A stretch of 64,000 nt of DNA from Octopus vulgaris. Its lineage: Eukaryota. The notes under the pieces were generated by a model. The model was not told where the DNA came from. It ran no database searches and saw only the letters and a list, made by a program, of their open reading frames with translations. Below are positions 14,820-28,838 of this stretch, one piece after another (positions within the stretch are counted from its first letter, which is position 1; the number at the start of each line of letters is the position of its first letter). Made by a program: the position numbers and the translations under genes. Location of the stretch: positions 70,246,001 to 70,310,000 of the forward strand of contig OX597824.1 of NCBI GenBank assembly GCA_951406725.2, given 5' to 3'.

Positions 14820-15087
14820 CACATATATATATATATATATGTATATATACATGTGTACACACACAGACACATACATACATACGCACACATACAATTTCTT
14901 TTTATTGTTTACTCCAAATAACCCAACAGCATATGGATAAACCAGGAGGAAACAAACTGCCCTTTAAAGCATTTCAACTTGGTGAGCAATTAAGTGTCTA
15001 TACACAAATGCATACATATAAATATAAGCACTCTTTAAGTGAGTATGTATGTGTGTATGTATCTCTCTCTCTCTCTCTCTCTCTCTG

Positions 15088-15118
<31 letters not shown>

Positions 15119-15224
15119 CACATACAAACACCCAATAATAATAATAATAATATTAAGGAAAGAAAAATTAGAATATATATATATATTCTTCAGGTTGTTC
15201 TTTCTCTAATATTATTATTATTGA

Positions 15225-15435
15225 AGCTAGCACATTCATTAGACTGTGAGGCAAAATGCTTTGCTGTATTTCTTCCGGCTTTTTGCATACAGAGTTCAAA
15301 TTCTGCCAAGGTCAATTTTGCATTTTATTCTTGCAGGGTCAATAAAATATAATGCCTGTCAAGTACAAGGGCCAATGAAATCAACTAACCCCACTCTACT
15401 AAAAATTTCTGACCTTATAACTAAACTAGAAGTTA

Positions 15436-15475
<40 letters not shown>

Positions 15476-15960
15476 CTTAACAGCATTTTTCCCAGCATTG
15501 CATTACTGGGATCAGCATTATCTTTCATTCATTTGGGGTTGATAAAATAAAGTCCCAGTGATATTTTGGGTTCTACGAAATTAATTTTTCCCACCCCTTG
15601 AAAATACCTGGCCTTGACCTAAAATTAGAAAGCATGATTATTATTCTCTTCATTAGGGCAGAATCATGAGTACATCATCATCATCGTCATCATAATCATC
15701 ATCATTTAATGTCTATTTTCCATGCTGTCATGGGTTGGACAGTTTGATCGGATTTGCTAAGGTTAGGGGGCATTGAATAAAAATGCTTAGCAGATTTTGT
15801 TCATGCTCTTCATGCTCCCAGTTGAAATCCTGATGAAGCCAACTTTGCTCTTCATCATTTAGGGGTTGATAAAACGAATTACATGTTAAGTATTACGGTC
15901 GGTGTAATCAACTTTGCCCCTTCCCTCATAACTGCTAGCTTCAAGCCAAAATTAGAAAGA
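15225..15960 (+). mobile_element. Three diverged family B SINEs in plus orientation
   Basis: GAGTTCAAATTCTGCC and TTTCAT..TT.GGGGTTGATAAAA core repeated; other plus copies at ~2100-2245 and 23690-23860. Confidence 0.7.
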
Positions 15961-16595
15961 AACTGTACTTATGTATGCATATGTAAGTAAGCATGTGTAA
16001 ATGTATATTTATGTATCTATCTACCTATCTCCCTTTCTCTCTCTCTATAGGTACATACACACACACACACTTACACACACACACATACATACATAAATAG
16101 AGAGATAAAGAGCAAGAGATGGGGAAAAAAGATGTAAATATGCAAGCACTTTTGTCAGCAAGGGTCATATATTAGCATATAGTACCCCTACCAGACCCAA
16201 CAGCATTAGTAGTACGATCAAACTTTCAACCAGTACATCTGTGCCCCTCCCCTTGGATGGGGACTGAATGCACAAAATAGTCCTAATAAACTTTTTACAT
16301 CTTCATCCGCACACATGCACAAATGAATCTGTGCATGCGTGTGTGTGTGTGTGTGTATATATACATAATCATATATATACATACACATATATGAGCTTCC
16401 TAACGCCAACCACTCTGAGAGTGTAGTGGCTGCTTTTTAGGTGCCACCAACACAAGAGCCAGTCAGGTAGCACAGACATCGGCCACGTTCGGATGGTGCT
16501 TTTTACGTGCCACCAGCATGGGGAGCCAGTCAGGTGGCAGTGGCAACAAGCTACGCATAAATGGTGCTTATTACACGCCACCAGCACAAAAGCCA

Positions 16596-16761
<166 letters not shown>

Positions 16762-16839
16762 GTTTTATATATGTATGTATATATATGTTTTATATATATA
16801 CATATAATTATATATATAGGCCCACCTATCTAACTATTT

Positions 16840-17250
16840 TTGTCCTTTTCCTTGTTTCGGTCATCAGACTAGGGCCAAACTTGGGCACTGCCTTGAAGAG
16901 TTTTAGTTAAATGAATTGATTTCAGTACTTATTTTCTTTATTTTTAAAGCCTAGTACTTATTCTGTTAGTCTCTTTTGCCAAACTGCTAAGTTACAGGGA
17001 CATAAAACACACCAATAGCAGTTGTCAAGCAGTGATGGGGGACAAACACTGACAAAAAGACAAAAAGACAGACATACACACATGCACCAACATATATATG
17101 ATGGTTTCCTTTCAGTTTCTGTTGACAGGGATTTAGTCAACCGAAAGCTTATTAGTAGAAGACACTTGCTTAAGGTGCCATGCAATGGGATTGAACCAGG
17201 AGCCCTGTGGTTGGGAAGCAAACTTCTTACCACACAGTCATACCAACACC
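16840..17250 (-). mobile_element. SINE family A, diverged copy
   Basis: Same head, body and tail in reverse. Partial copies also at ~1-190, 18275-18390, 20360-20525, 29320-29520, 30040-30235, 38000-38155, 56516-56640. Confidence 0.8.
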
Positions 17251-17340
17251 TATACACACACACACACACATATACACATATATAGAGGGTGAGAGAGAGA
17301 CATTCACATTCATGTACATTCCATCGATTCTTGCCTTTCC

Positions 17341-17390
<50 letters not shown>

Positions 17391-17701
17391 GCACACACAC
17401 ACACACTCTAGCTCGCAGGTGCAACTACACATCATCATCCGCAGACACCAGCGCTGGCCAAAACAGTTAGTTATCAGCTGCTACTTCGCCTCAATTTATT
17501 GTTTTGAAGTTTTGTGTGCTGGGGTCGGTTGAGTTTAATAGAGGTTATGGAGTGTTTGGTCTGACAGTGGTGGCGGTGAAGATGAAGACGGAAGCCATCA
17601 AGATAATTGTAGGATGGTGGGATGGCAGTCAGAGAACAGAGGAAGGAAATCATAATTCTTCATCCTTTTTGTTTGTTTTGTGTGTGTGTGTGTGTGTTCA
17701 T

Positions 17702-17744
<43 letters not shown>

Positions 17745-18036
17745 GTGTATATGTATATATATATATATATATATGTATATGTATATGTATACATATATAT
17801 ATAGGTATATCCATATGTATTATATATGCTTCTATATGTATGTGTGTCTTTGTGTGTACATGTGGGTGGTTGGGTGTGTGTGTGTATTCATTGTTCTGTA
17901 TGTATGCATATATGATATATATATTTATGTGTGTATGTGCGTTTGTGTGTCTATGTATAGACATTCACATGATATGCATACATATACACACACACACATA
18001 TATATATATATGCGTGTGTATGCATATATATATATG

Positions 18037-18072
<36 letters not shown>

Positions 18073-18169
18073 TGTATGTATGTATGTGTGTATGTATGTA
18101 TGTTAAAGAAGTTCATTTCACAAATCACGAGGTCTCAGATTTTCTCTCCCTCTGTAGCTTCTTAAGCAA

Positions 18170-18211
<42 letters not shown>

Positions 18212-18741
18212 TTAAACATACAGACACACACACAATGAAACATGTGCAAAATATATCTTATATATGTATACCCTTTTATTTGTTTCAGTGATTCGACTGC
18301 AGCCATGCTGAAGCACTGCCTTTAGTCAAATAAATCAACCCCAGAACTTATTCTTTGTTAAGCCTAGTACTTATTCTATCGGTCCCTTTTACAGACTTGT
18401 GCCTCAAAGGGGAACTTTCTAGGAGCAAGCCCATGGTCATTCATAACCAAAGGGGGTCTTTATCCATTATGTGCATACATGTATATAAGATCAGAAAACA
18501 TAATTTATATTTATCAAACCAACAAGACTAAAGAACTCCCTTTTTCTGAAAGGAATTATACAAGATAGAGTGTTTGCTTTCTGCGAGATTGTGAAAGGTT
18601 AACATATGGTGGGATGAGTAGGGCACAGGTTTGCCATGGAGGAAATTCATGGTTATTTTGTATTTTATATGTGTGGGTAACTTGAATGGTGCTACATTCG
18701 GAGGTAAAACTGTGGTGGTGACAAGGTGCCAGAATGTTACC

Positions 18742-18940
18742 TATTTCTTTACTACCCGCAAGGGGCTAAACACAGAAGGGACAAACAAGGACAGACAAAC
18801 GGATTAAGTCGATTATGTTGACCCCAGTGCGTAACTGGTACTTATTTAAGCGACTTATTTAAGTACCAGTTACGCACTGGGGTCAACATAATCGACCCCG
18901 AAAGGATGAAAGGCAAAGTCGACCTCAGCGGAATTTTACT
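18742..18940 (-). mobile_element. SINE family B (tail ii), 5'-truncated, with internal inverted duplication
   Basis: Same tail as the 36083 copy; 37-bp perfect inverted repeat inside. Confidence 0.85.
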
Positions 18941-20058
18941 TTTAAGATGATGTGTCCAAGAAGATGAGAACAGAAAAGAGTATGGACACATGAGAATCAG
19001 TAAGAGTGGATAAGGTCAGAAAGATGTGAGTGGAAAGCAAAGGGATATAGATAAAAGCATTGGTCGGAGATGGTCAGAGGTAAATAAGAAATGAATGTAG
19101 TGAATGGTAAACAAGGGAAGTGGTCATTGATGACAAATATGAATGATAGAAGTGATAAGAATGAGGAGATGATGTCAATCAGGAACAATTCAGAGGAGAG
19201 GGAGTGTTGACTGGCAGCAAAAGTTTGCAGTAACAAGTTCTGATTTCATTACTCACAACAGCAGAATAATACAGTAGATAGTAGATTGATGAAGGGAATG
19301 AGTGGTCAAGAGGTAAGGAGAAAGGTCAAAGGATGCAAGTGTAGATGGGGGGAGTGAGAGATAAATAAAAAAAACAGGGTGAGGTAGATAAGGAGGAAGA
19401 CAATGATGATGATTGGGATTGGTGAAGAGGACTTACTTTTCTGGGTAAGATGATGGTGGTGGGGGAGCAGTTTTATACTTAAGATACACTCACATTATAC
19501 ACTAATATATATATCTGTGCCTATGTGTGTATGAAGAATATATCTACTATTTATGTATGAACACACACACACACACACACACATATAATATATATACACA
19601 CACATATGTTGGCATTACCATGTGGGCACACACAATCAAGCACAAACAAATAAGCCTGCAAACACTTGATAAACAAGGATTCAAATAACCTCATATATAT
19701 ATAATATATACATATATATATCATATGCATATGTGTGTGTGTATGTATGTAATTATGCATGGAGAGAGTAAGAGAGACAGAAATAGATGAAGATTATGAC
19801 CAGTCAATGTATAGACAGTACAATGCAATATAAATGAAAATCAAACACACCCGTGTCGATGGCCTTAATAGTGTGTGTGTGTGTGTGCGTGTGTGTGTGT
19901 GTGCGCACACATCTATCTGTCTGTTCTGTGTCCCAGTACAAATACAAATATTGGGTGCATGAAAATTAATTGCACCAAGATTTTCTGGCAGTCTGACAGA
20001 AATGTAGAATTTCAGAAATGAGAGGCACCAGATTATGGGGAAGTCATATACATATATA

Positions 20059-20180
<122 letters not shown>

Positions 20181-20821
20181 AATATCTACTGAATATATTC
20201 AGAGTACAAAGACAAAGATATCATACATACAGTATCTGTTAAAATACATTATGTGTAATAACACTGAAGAATTACAATTAAGTTAGAATGGTAATAGCCA
20301 AAGAAATTCATAGTTCTTTGTTTTGGTTTTTTAGCTTTTTCCTTCTTTTTATTTTTTTGAGTGCAGGTATGGCTGTGTGGTTAAGAAGCTGCTTCTTTAA
20401 CCATGTGTTTCTGGGTTCAGACCCACTGTGCAGCACTTTTGGTGTCTTCTACTATATAGCCCTAGGTTAACCAAAGGTTTGTGAGTGAATCTGGTAGACA
20501 TAAATTGAGTGGAATTCCATTATATATCATCATCATTGTGTATCGTCTGCATGGATTGAACGTTTCGACTGAGTGTTGGCGAGCCAGAAGGCTGCACCAG
20601 TCTCCAATCTGATCTGGCAAAGATTCTACAGCTGGATGCCCTTCCTAACACCAACCACTCTGAGAGTGTAGTGGGTGCTTTTACATGCCAGGCGGTACTG
20701 GTAGGTAAATGTTGAACTCAATGCTACATTGGTGGATATATATAATTTCTTTATTCGTGAATGAAGGCTACCATTGATTTCATGTACATATATATGTGCA
20801 TGTGTGTGCGTGCGTGTGTGT

Positions 20822-21130
20822 GCGGAAGCATAATAGCTCAGTAGTTAGGGCAGCAAACTCGCAGTCGTAAGATCAATGAGGCTCCAGCAGAGGGTGGTAG
20901 CAAACCCTGTTGTACTATTTCACCACAACTTTCTTCCTGTTTCTGTTGTACCTGCATTTCAAAGGGGCCAACTTTTATCACACTCTGTGTCATACTTAAT
21001 CTCCCTGAGAACTATGTTAAGAGTACACATGTTTGTGGAGTGCTCAGCCGCTTGCATGTTAATTTCATGAGCAGGCTGTTCCATTTATCGTGTCAACTGG
21101 AACCCTCGTTCTCATAACTAGCAGAGTGTC
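20822..21130 (+). mobile_element. tRNA-derived SINE family D, tail 3
   Basis: Head AGCTCAGTAGTTAGGGCAGCAAACTCGCAGTCG, body CACCACAACTTTCT, tail CACACTCTGTGTCAT...TGTGGAGTGCTCAG. Confidence 0.7.
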
Positions 21131-21195
21131 ACAAATATATATAAGTGTGCGTGTGTGTGTCTGTGTGTGTATACACACACACTCATATATGCATA

Positions 21196-21255
<60 letters not shown>

Positions 21256-21258
21256 CAT

Positions 21259-21289
<31 letters not shown>

Positions 21290-21887
21290 CACATATATAC
21301 ATACACACACATATATATATATATATATAAACATATATACTTACACACATATATATATATAAAATATCAACAATACATATAGACAGATAGATAGATGGCT
21401 AGATAGATAGACACACACAAACACGCACACACAAGCACACTACACACATGCATGGGTATTTGAGTTTGTTTTTGTGTTAAGCTATATGAAAAAAAAAAAA
21501 GAAAAACAACTTAACATTAAAACTGAAGGGTTGCTCAATACATTCTATTAGAGTACATATTTATCAAACGTTTTTCCTAGGAAAAGGTTGACAGGGGCTT
21601 CACAGTTTTAGCTTGCTTGCTTTCAACAGTGAGATTATATAAAGAAAGAAAAAAGAGAGAGAGAGAGAGAGAGCAAAGAATGAGGGAAGGAGAGACACAC
21701 ACACCACACACACATATATATATAGTCTAATGCCTAAATCATGTTAGAGTGGAATTGTCTTTAAAAAGCCATGAGAGAGGGCACCGAGAAGACTGTTAGA
21801 TAATATACAATGGTATTTAAAGACATCTCCAAGAGTACAGGACCAGGAGAGAAAAAGGACAGAGAGAAAGGATGAGAGAAGAAATAC

Positions 21888-21935
<48 letters not shown>

Positions 21936-24559
21936 GAGGGAGTGGGATGAGGAAGAAGAGAATGGTAAAAGAAGGAGTGGGATGGAGTGAGAGAGTAGTA
22001 TGGTGAGAAAGAGAAAGAGAGTGAAAATCGGAGAAACAGAGAGAGAGAAAGAAAGAGGAGGAGAGAGAGAGAGAGAGTCTGCGTGGGTATGTGTGTGTGT
22101 GCATTGTTACATTACTCTGTATAGAAGAAGCAAAGAAAAAATATATATGTATAACAAGAGCAAAAATAACGACAACAACAACAACAATGATGATGATGAT
22201 AAATGCAACAAAATCCTGCCCTATCCATTAACACACACATACTCAGAGATGCACACACAAACACACACATATTCAGATACATATATTCAAACATACACAC
22301 ATACATACATATGTAGAGATACACTCACACATACAGACACATGCACTCACAAACACACACACACATACACATGCATGCACACTTACTCACACATGCAGTC
22401 ACACATACGTACACTCACACATGTTCATAGATTCAGATACACACACACACACATTCACTCACACAGACACACACATTTAGACATACACACATGCATGCAT
22501 ACATATACATGCACTCACACACACACATGCATGCACATACTCACACACAAATACACACACACACACACACAGCAATTAGTACGTATACATATATCAAACA
22601 AGTGCGTTACTTTCGTGCAGTTAATACATATATTCAACCAGGATGCTGATGGGATATACAGTCAAGGCTGTTGCTGCTGTTGTTGTTATTGTCATTGTGG
22701 TTGCTTGTGCCTCTTACCTATCCCATCACCCTCATGTCTTTATTTTTGTCAGTTTTTTTTTTTGTTTGGGGGATTTGTTTTTGGCTATTCCTTCTTTTGT
22801 TCCAAAAATGGCCAGTTTCCTTTAAATGACACAATTTTTTTTTCTTTGGTTTTTATTTTTTTTGTTCCGTCAAGGAGATTGTAATAACAGTAATAATAGC
22901 TGGGAAGAAAGAGAAAGAATGGGGAGAGAGAGGGAGAGAGAGAGAGAGAGACTTTACACTTTTTGTTGTTGTTGATTCTTCTTCATATCATCGTAATGGT
23001 AGTGACAGTGGTAATGACATTGTTGGTGGTGATGATGGTGATGAGGAGGATGATGAGGTACTGATCATGGTGGAAATGATAATGATAGTAGTAGTTGTGG
23101 TGGTGGTGAGGTCGAGGCTGTTATGATTTTGATAGCAATGGTCATGATGGTGATGGTGGTGGTGCTGCTGCTGCTGGCAGTTGAGGCAAGAGCCTCTATA
23201 TGTTATGTAACTCTACAATAAATAGCAGTCAAAACGTGCCTTAATCCTCATCTAATGTACATCCTCAAAACATTTGCTCAAGGAAAAAAAAAATCAGCTG
23301 GATGGTCGCAGCTGGAACACTGTTTATCGTAATTCTGTCCGCTTGATTAGGTTTGATTTGAGGCCAAACAACAATAACAATAGCAATGAGGAAAGTGCTG
23401 GCACTGAGATACCAATTATCAAATGGGCCAAATCAACCATTTCTCTTGCAGCAACAGAAAAAAAAAACAAAAAAAAACCAGCAAAAATGACAACAACAAC
23501 AACAATAAATATATTATAAATGAAATTAAAAATATTACACTCCCAAAAACAAAAACTAATACATATAACAAATGGAACACACACATATACACACTAAAAG
23601 ATAAAAAATTATTGAAAGGCATGTTTATAATTTTTTGGACTATTAACCTCATCTTTTTAGAGTTCATCTTTTTAGAGATGAGTGCTTAATCTTATGTTTG
23701 TCTGTCTTTACGTTCTGAGTTCAAATTTCACCGACGTCGACTTTACCTTTCATCCTTTCAGGGTCAATAAATTAAGTACCAGTTGTGTACTGAGGTCAAT
23801 CTAATCAACTGGTCCTCTCCCCCAAAATTTTCAAGCCTTGTGCTTAGATTAGAAAAGAATATTTATATCTTATGCTATATTTCAATTGATTTTGTTCTCT
23901 ATATTCCGAGGTCATCTTATTATTCCTGGATGTTTTGATAAAGCACCACACTGGGTTTGAACTATGAAACAGCATGAACTTTTAATGCTGTGTTACTCTA
24001 CAATGGATTCCATAAAACCCCAAGAGAGTCTCATCTTTTGAGTACTGGGTGACCTCACTAGTGCTGGTGCCACATGGGAAATCACCTGCTACACTCTGTA
24101 AACTGTGAAAGGGTCAGCATTAGGACAGGACATCCAGTTGTAGGAATCATGCCAAACTAGACATCTGAACTTGTTGCAGCCCTCTGGCTTGCCAATTCTG
24201 GTCAAACTCTCCATCCCATGGATAAGAAAAAGGGATGCCAAATGATGCTCATGATGATGATGTAGTGGTATACATGTAAAAAATATATTTTCCGTGTGTG
24301 TGTACAATTATTTCTATGTCAGCTTCCCATGTCACGTTGACATAAGATAAAATGTCTTTTTTGTTTGGAAAATTTAATAAAAATTTATTTTTATAATATA
24401 TATACTATCTTCCAAATTTTTTCTTTTATACAAATGAATTTTCTCCATCTCTCTTAGATAACTTTTTTTGCTTCATTTAGTTGTTTTGTTAGAATTAGAG
24501 TGAGATGGGGTTGTCTGTAAAATATAAGTCTGGCGTGTTGGGAAAATTATATAAAAAGT

Positions 24560-24991
24560 TTCCCAAAATATGCTCAGGAATGACTGGCTTAAACAGATAT
24601 CAATGCTGCAATGTGGAAATCAGAAACTAAGAATCTTTGTTTCAAATTCTGTTAGGTAAAATTATGCAAATATCCTAGAGTAAGACATTGGGACTTGATC
24701 ATAGATCAAACTAATCAAGGAATTAGGAGGTTATTCGAGTTTCTTCAGAAATATAAAAAAATATGAAATACCCAATATGAATCCTATCGGCACTATGTGC
24801 ATCTCTAGAATTAACTCAAAGGCACAGGAGTGGCTGTGTGGTAAGTAGCTTGCTAACCAGCCACACGGTTCCGGGTTCAGTCCCACTGCATGGCATCTTG
24901 GGCAAGTGTCTTTTGCTATAGCCCCCGGCCAACCAATGCCTTGTGAGTGGATTTGGTAGACGGAAACTGAAAGAAGCCTGTCGTATATATG

Positions 24992-25023
<32 letters not shown>

Positions 25024-25730
25024 GGGTGGTTGTGTGTCTGTGTTTGTCCCCCTAGCATTGCTTGACAACCAATGCTGGTGTGTTTACGTCCCCGTCACTT
25101 AGCAGTTCGGCAAAAAGAGACTGATAGAATAAGTACTGGGCTTACAAAGAATAAGTCCCGGGGTCGATTTGATCGACTAAAGGTGGTGCTCCAGCATGGC
25201 CGCAGTCAAATGACTGAAACAAGTAAAAGAGTAAAAGAGTAAAGATGCTGATTGGAAATCAAATTGAAAGCATCATTGGTCTTTGTTTGGAACTGAAGAT
25301 TTCAAAACTTGGTTTAGAAATAAAAAAGAAAATTATATTTCAAACCTAGTCAGTTGCTGCATATCCAGGAATAAAACAAAGTTATGATTGGAGACCAAAC
25401 CATTTACAATATTAGCCTTGGTTTAGAATTGAATATTCCATGGTATTCTTTAAAAATAAGAGATTCCTAGTTCAAATATAGTCATGAGCTGCAAATGAAT
25501 CCAGGAATAAGATATTGGATAATGAGTAGAGACCAAACTATAAACAAATTTAGCCTTGGTTTTATATTGTAATGTTCCTAAAGTTATTTTAGAAAAAAAA
25601 ATCCAAAGTTTCAATCTATTTTGGTGCTATGATATATATCTGTCCAGGAATAAGATATAAGATGGAATTCAAAGACCAAACCAAAAACATCATTACTCTA
25701 ATTTTAAATGAAGTTCCCTAAATTCAGAAC
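24560..25730. repeat. Decayed ~140-bp tandem repeat array interrupted by a SINE
   Basis: TCCAGGAATAA...GACCAAAC units starting ~25364, 25500, 25643; more degenerate units at ~24570-24815. Confidence 0.7.
24821..25243 (+). mobile_element. Full-length tRNA-derived SINE, family A (internal microsatellite, GTAAAAGA tail)
   Basis: A box TGGCTGTGTGGTAAG, B box GGTTCAGTCCC, body TTGGGCAAGTGTCTT, internal (TA)/(GT), tail CCAGCATGGCCGCAGTCAAATGACTGAAACAAGTAAAAGAGT; many copies in window. Confidence 0.9.
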
Positions 25731-25802
25731 AAAATTGGAACAACTGATACGTCATCAGTAAAACACTTGAAAATTTGGCAGAAATATAAAAAGGAGAGTT
25801 AA

Positions 25803-26020
25803 CCCTTTAGTATTCAAACAGGTCATATCAGACCCAGATATTTTATGTTTTGTGTTCAAACTGGCCAGATCCAACTTCTCATACCTATCCTACAATGTCA
25901 TTCTAAAAATAAAGTATCACGTCATTGAAAGCTTGAAGTTGTGAGATAATGCATGATTAATTCAGAAGATTGAGGATAAATATACTTTACATTGAGCATA
26001 GTAATATAAATACTAAAGGG
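25803..26020. mobile_element. piggyBac-type MITE
   Basis: 12-bp perfect TIR CCCTTTAGTATT...AATACTAAAGGG flanked by TTAA and TTGA (decayed TTAA target duplication). Confidence 0.75.
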
Positions 26021-26150
26021 TTGAATATTTAAGGGGTCAAAAGATGAGGTTAATAATTCGAACAATTATTATCTTAATCATTATTAACAACTAATCATCA
26101 TAGATAGTTAAGACATTCAAAAGAATAAGATATAGGATTGGTGTACTCAC

Positions 26151-26305
26151 CTGAAATTACTAAACCATTTGACCAACTGTGCTGTATTGTTTTTATTAAA
26201 CCGGATGTCGGGGAAAAACACTTTTAAGATTGCGGAACTCGGATAGCGGACATAGAAAAACATCAACTTTGCTTTCCGTAGATGCATAGGTGTCAAGGTT
26301 GTAGT
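26151..26305 (-). CDS. pros: Prospero/PROX homeobox gene, internal exon encoding most of the atypical homeodomain
   Basis: Translates [51 protein letters not shown](R), near-identical to the Prospero homeodomain (Drosophila [52 protein letters not shown]). Ends at donor AG|GTGAGT (phase 2). Start placed after TAC by homology; 155 nt. Confidence 0.97.
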
Positions 26306-26323
26306 GTAGTGACAGTTAAGGAA
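26306..26323 (-). other. pros: U12-type (minor spliceosome) branch site and AC 3' splice site
   Basis: Minus strand reads TTCCTTAAC-TGTCAC-TAC|ACTACAACC: consensus U12 branch sequence 10-11 nt before AC. The nearest upstream AG is about 76 nt away. Drosophila prospero has an AT-AC intron just before the homeodomain. Confidence 0.88.
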
Positions 26324-26439
26324 AAAAAAGAGATAACATACAACAAAAAAAAAGACAAACATTTCAAGTATATATACACACCTCTATATTCAACACACAC
26401 ACATATACACATATATATGTATTCATTAACACTTTCTAC

Positions 26440-26820
26440 CTGTATACATTCTCATTTTGTTAGTGGCAACTCCCATTGCGTTTGTTTATTTCCTACTATT
26501 TCCACCACTATGTACCTCTAATCTCATCTCTGACACTGTACATCTCTTGCACACCTCTTACATTTCACATCATCTGTGGTATCTCTGATTGTCTCTGCTT
26601 TCTTCCTCCCAAATACATATTCATCATTGACCATGCTTCAAGCCAGGTTTACTCTTCACTCCGTTCACCTCCATCTCCATCTTCATCCATCTGCCACATC
26701 CCTTTCACATACACTATCACAAACTTATCTAGACATTCACCCTGTTCAATCCTCTGGACTATTTATACATTCACCTTCCTATAACTTGTGAGAACACCCC
26801 CAACACCTCCTCATTACCAT
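26440..26820 (+). mobile_element. Possible decayed Penelope GIY-YIG remnant
   Basis: PFTYTITNLSRHSPCSILWTIY loosely matches FTCxSxNLIYCIxCxxCxxxY; weak. Confidence 0.3.
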
Positions 26821-28293
26821 CTTCTCCCTTTTTTCCAACTTGGGAAGCCATGTGATCTCCTCTACTGCAAGACACAAGTTTCTATCCCTCAGTCATACTT
26901 TAACCTCTCATCACCTGGCACAAAACCATTTCCCCTCAACACTACTCCCCCACTTAGTTGAGGGGGTATTGCCTTGCAAGTTACTTGGTGACCTCACCAG
27001 TGCTGGTGCCACATAAAAGCACCCAACACATCCTGTAGCATGGTTGGCATTATAAAGAATATCCAGCTGTAAAAACCAAGCCAAATAGTTGATGGTGTTT
27101 GGGGCTCTCCTCTGGTTTATTGGCTCATGTCAAACTGTCCAACCTATGCTGGTATGGGAAATGGATCTCAAACAATGATGATGATAATCATAATGGTACG
27201 CAATAAGAAGATGTCAAAATATATATAACAGGACAGACAGATTACTGCCAGACAAGATCAAATACATAAAACCTGATGGCAAATAATGAGAGACAGTCCA
27301 GATAAGAGTTGGTTGGCTATAGAAAATTCACCAGGAGAGCAAATGAAAATTAAAGATAAAATAAATGATAGACAGGTAGTTATTTATGTCATCAGAGCAC
27401 TAATAAATAAGTGACAGAAATATGCATATAAGCATAACTAAGAAGAAAGCAAGAAAATAGTCATTCATATATATGTAGATATCCAAGGATGAAGATCAGT
27501 GTAAAGAAGAAAATTCAAGGTGATTCATTACAGCTGTTTCAGGGATATGTTGACAAGTATCTTCAATTTTTTTCTTTCTTTTCAATATTTCTCCTTAAAA
27601 AAATCTGAACATCTGCCTATTTATAAAAGACTAATATGGACTATCTTTCTACTTTGTCCTTAATTATATTTATACACATATTTGTGCAAATAGGGCAAAC
27701 ATACAATAACTAAGATTTGATTTTATCAAACTTCCATTTGCTTATACACAACAATGAACTTAATACTAATTTTTCAAGTGAAAACATTTATTACCTTAAA
27801 ATGAATTTAAAATAAAATTTAGAAAAAAACAATTTTCTTGTTGAAGCTTACTTCAATAACTGTGATGGTATTTGTACATGTATCTTGTGTATGTGTCTGC
27901 CTCTACATTCATGTGTGTGTGTGTGTCCGTCCTTGCAAGCATGTGTGAGTGTTTGTAAGTATATATGTATGTATATGTGTGAGAATCTGAAACCATGATT
28001 GCATGTGTGCGTTTGTAGGCGTGGATGTGTGAGTACATTTATGTGTGGGTGTGCAAGAAAGAATGAGTGTATGAGAGGGAAAGAGAGAGAAAAAGAGAGT
28101 GTGTGTGTGTGTGTGCACTAGTATGTGCAGGTATGCATGTGAAACAGTATTTTTCTATGCATGTGTATGAGTGTATATAAATGCAGATTTGTATGCATGC
28201 GTATATATTTCAACATCTGTATGTGTGTCCACAGATACATGTGTACTATCTGTATAATACATGGTAGAAAGTGTGACAGATATCACTGTGTTG

Positions 28294-28332
<39 letters not shown>

Positions 28333-28609
28333 TGAAAATAATAGATAATTATGTTGGCGGTGGTGGTGGTGGTGGTGGTAGAAATGGCAGGAGAAAAGCA
28401 TATGATGAGTGGAGGTGGGGAGTGCAGCATGGTGGTAGTGGTGGTGATGTTGATAGTGATGATGGTGATGTGGCGGCAGCGGCGGTGGCGGTACTGCAGA
28501 CAATTTGTATAGGAATCTCTTCTTTTGTCAGTCTGATAGATAAACAATAATAATAATGGGAAAGGACAAAAATTAAGACACACAAATACTGAACACACAC
28601 ACACACACA

Positions 28610-28691
<82 letters not shown>

Positions 28692-28806
28692 TTATACATT
28701 CATATATACACAGGAAATCCCCAATAGATTAGATAAATAGATTTAAAAAAAGTGAAAGTCACCGATATACATACATATATATATATTATATATATACATA
28801 GACATT

Positions 28807-28838
<32 letters not shown>

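Noticed and set aside
26306-26362. ATG-started N-terminal extension [19 protein letters not shown] of the homeodomain ORF
   Set aside because: It is the T-rich intron end and U12 branch site read in frame; not Prospero-like.
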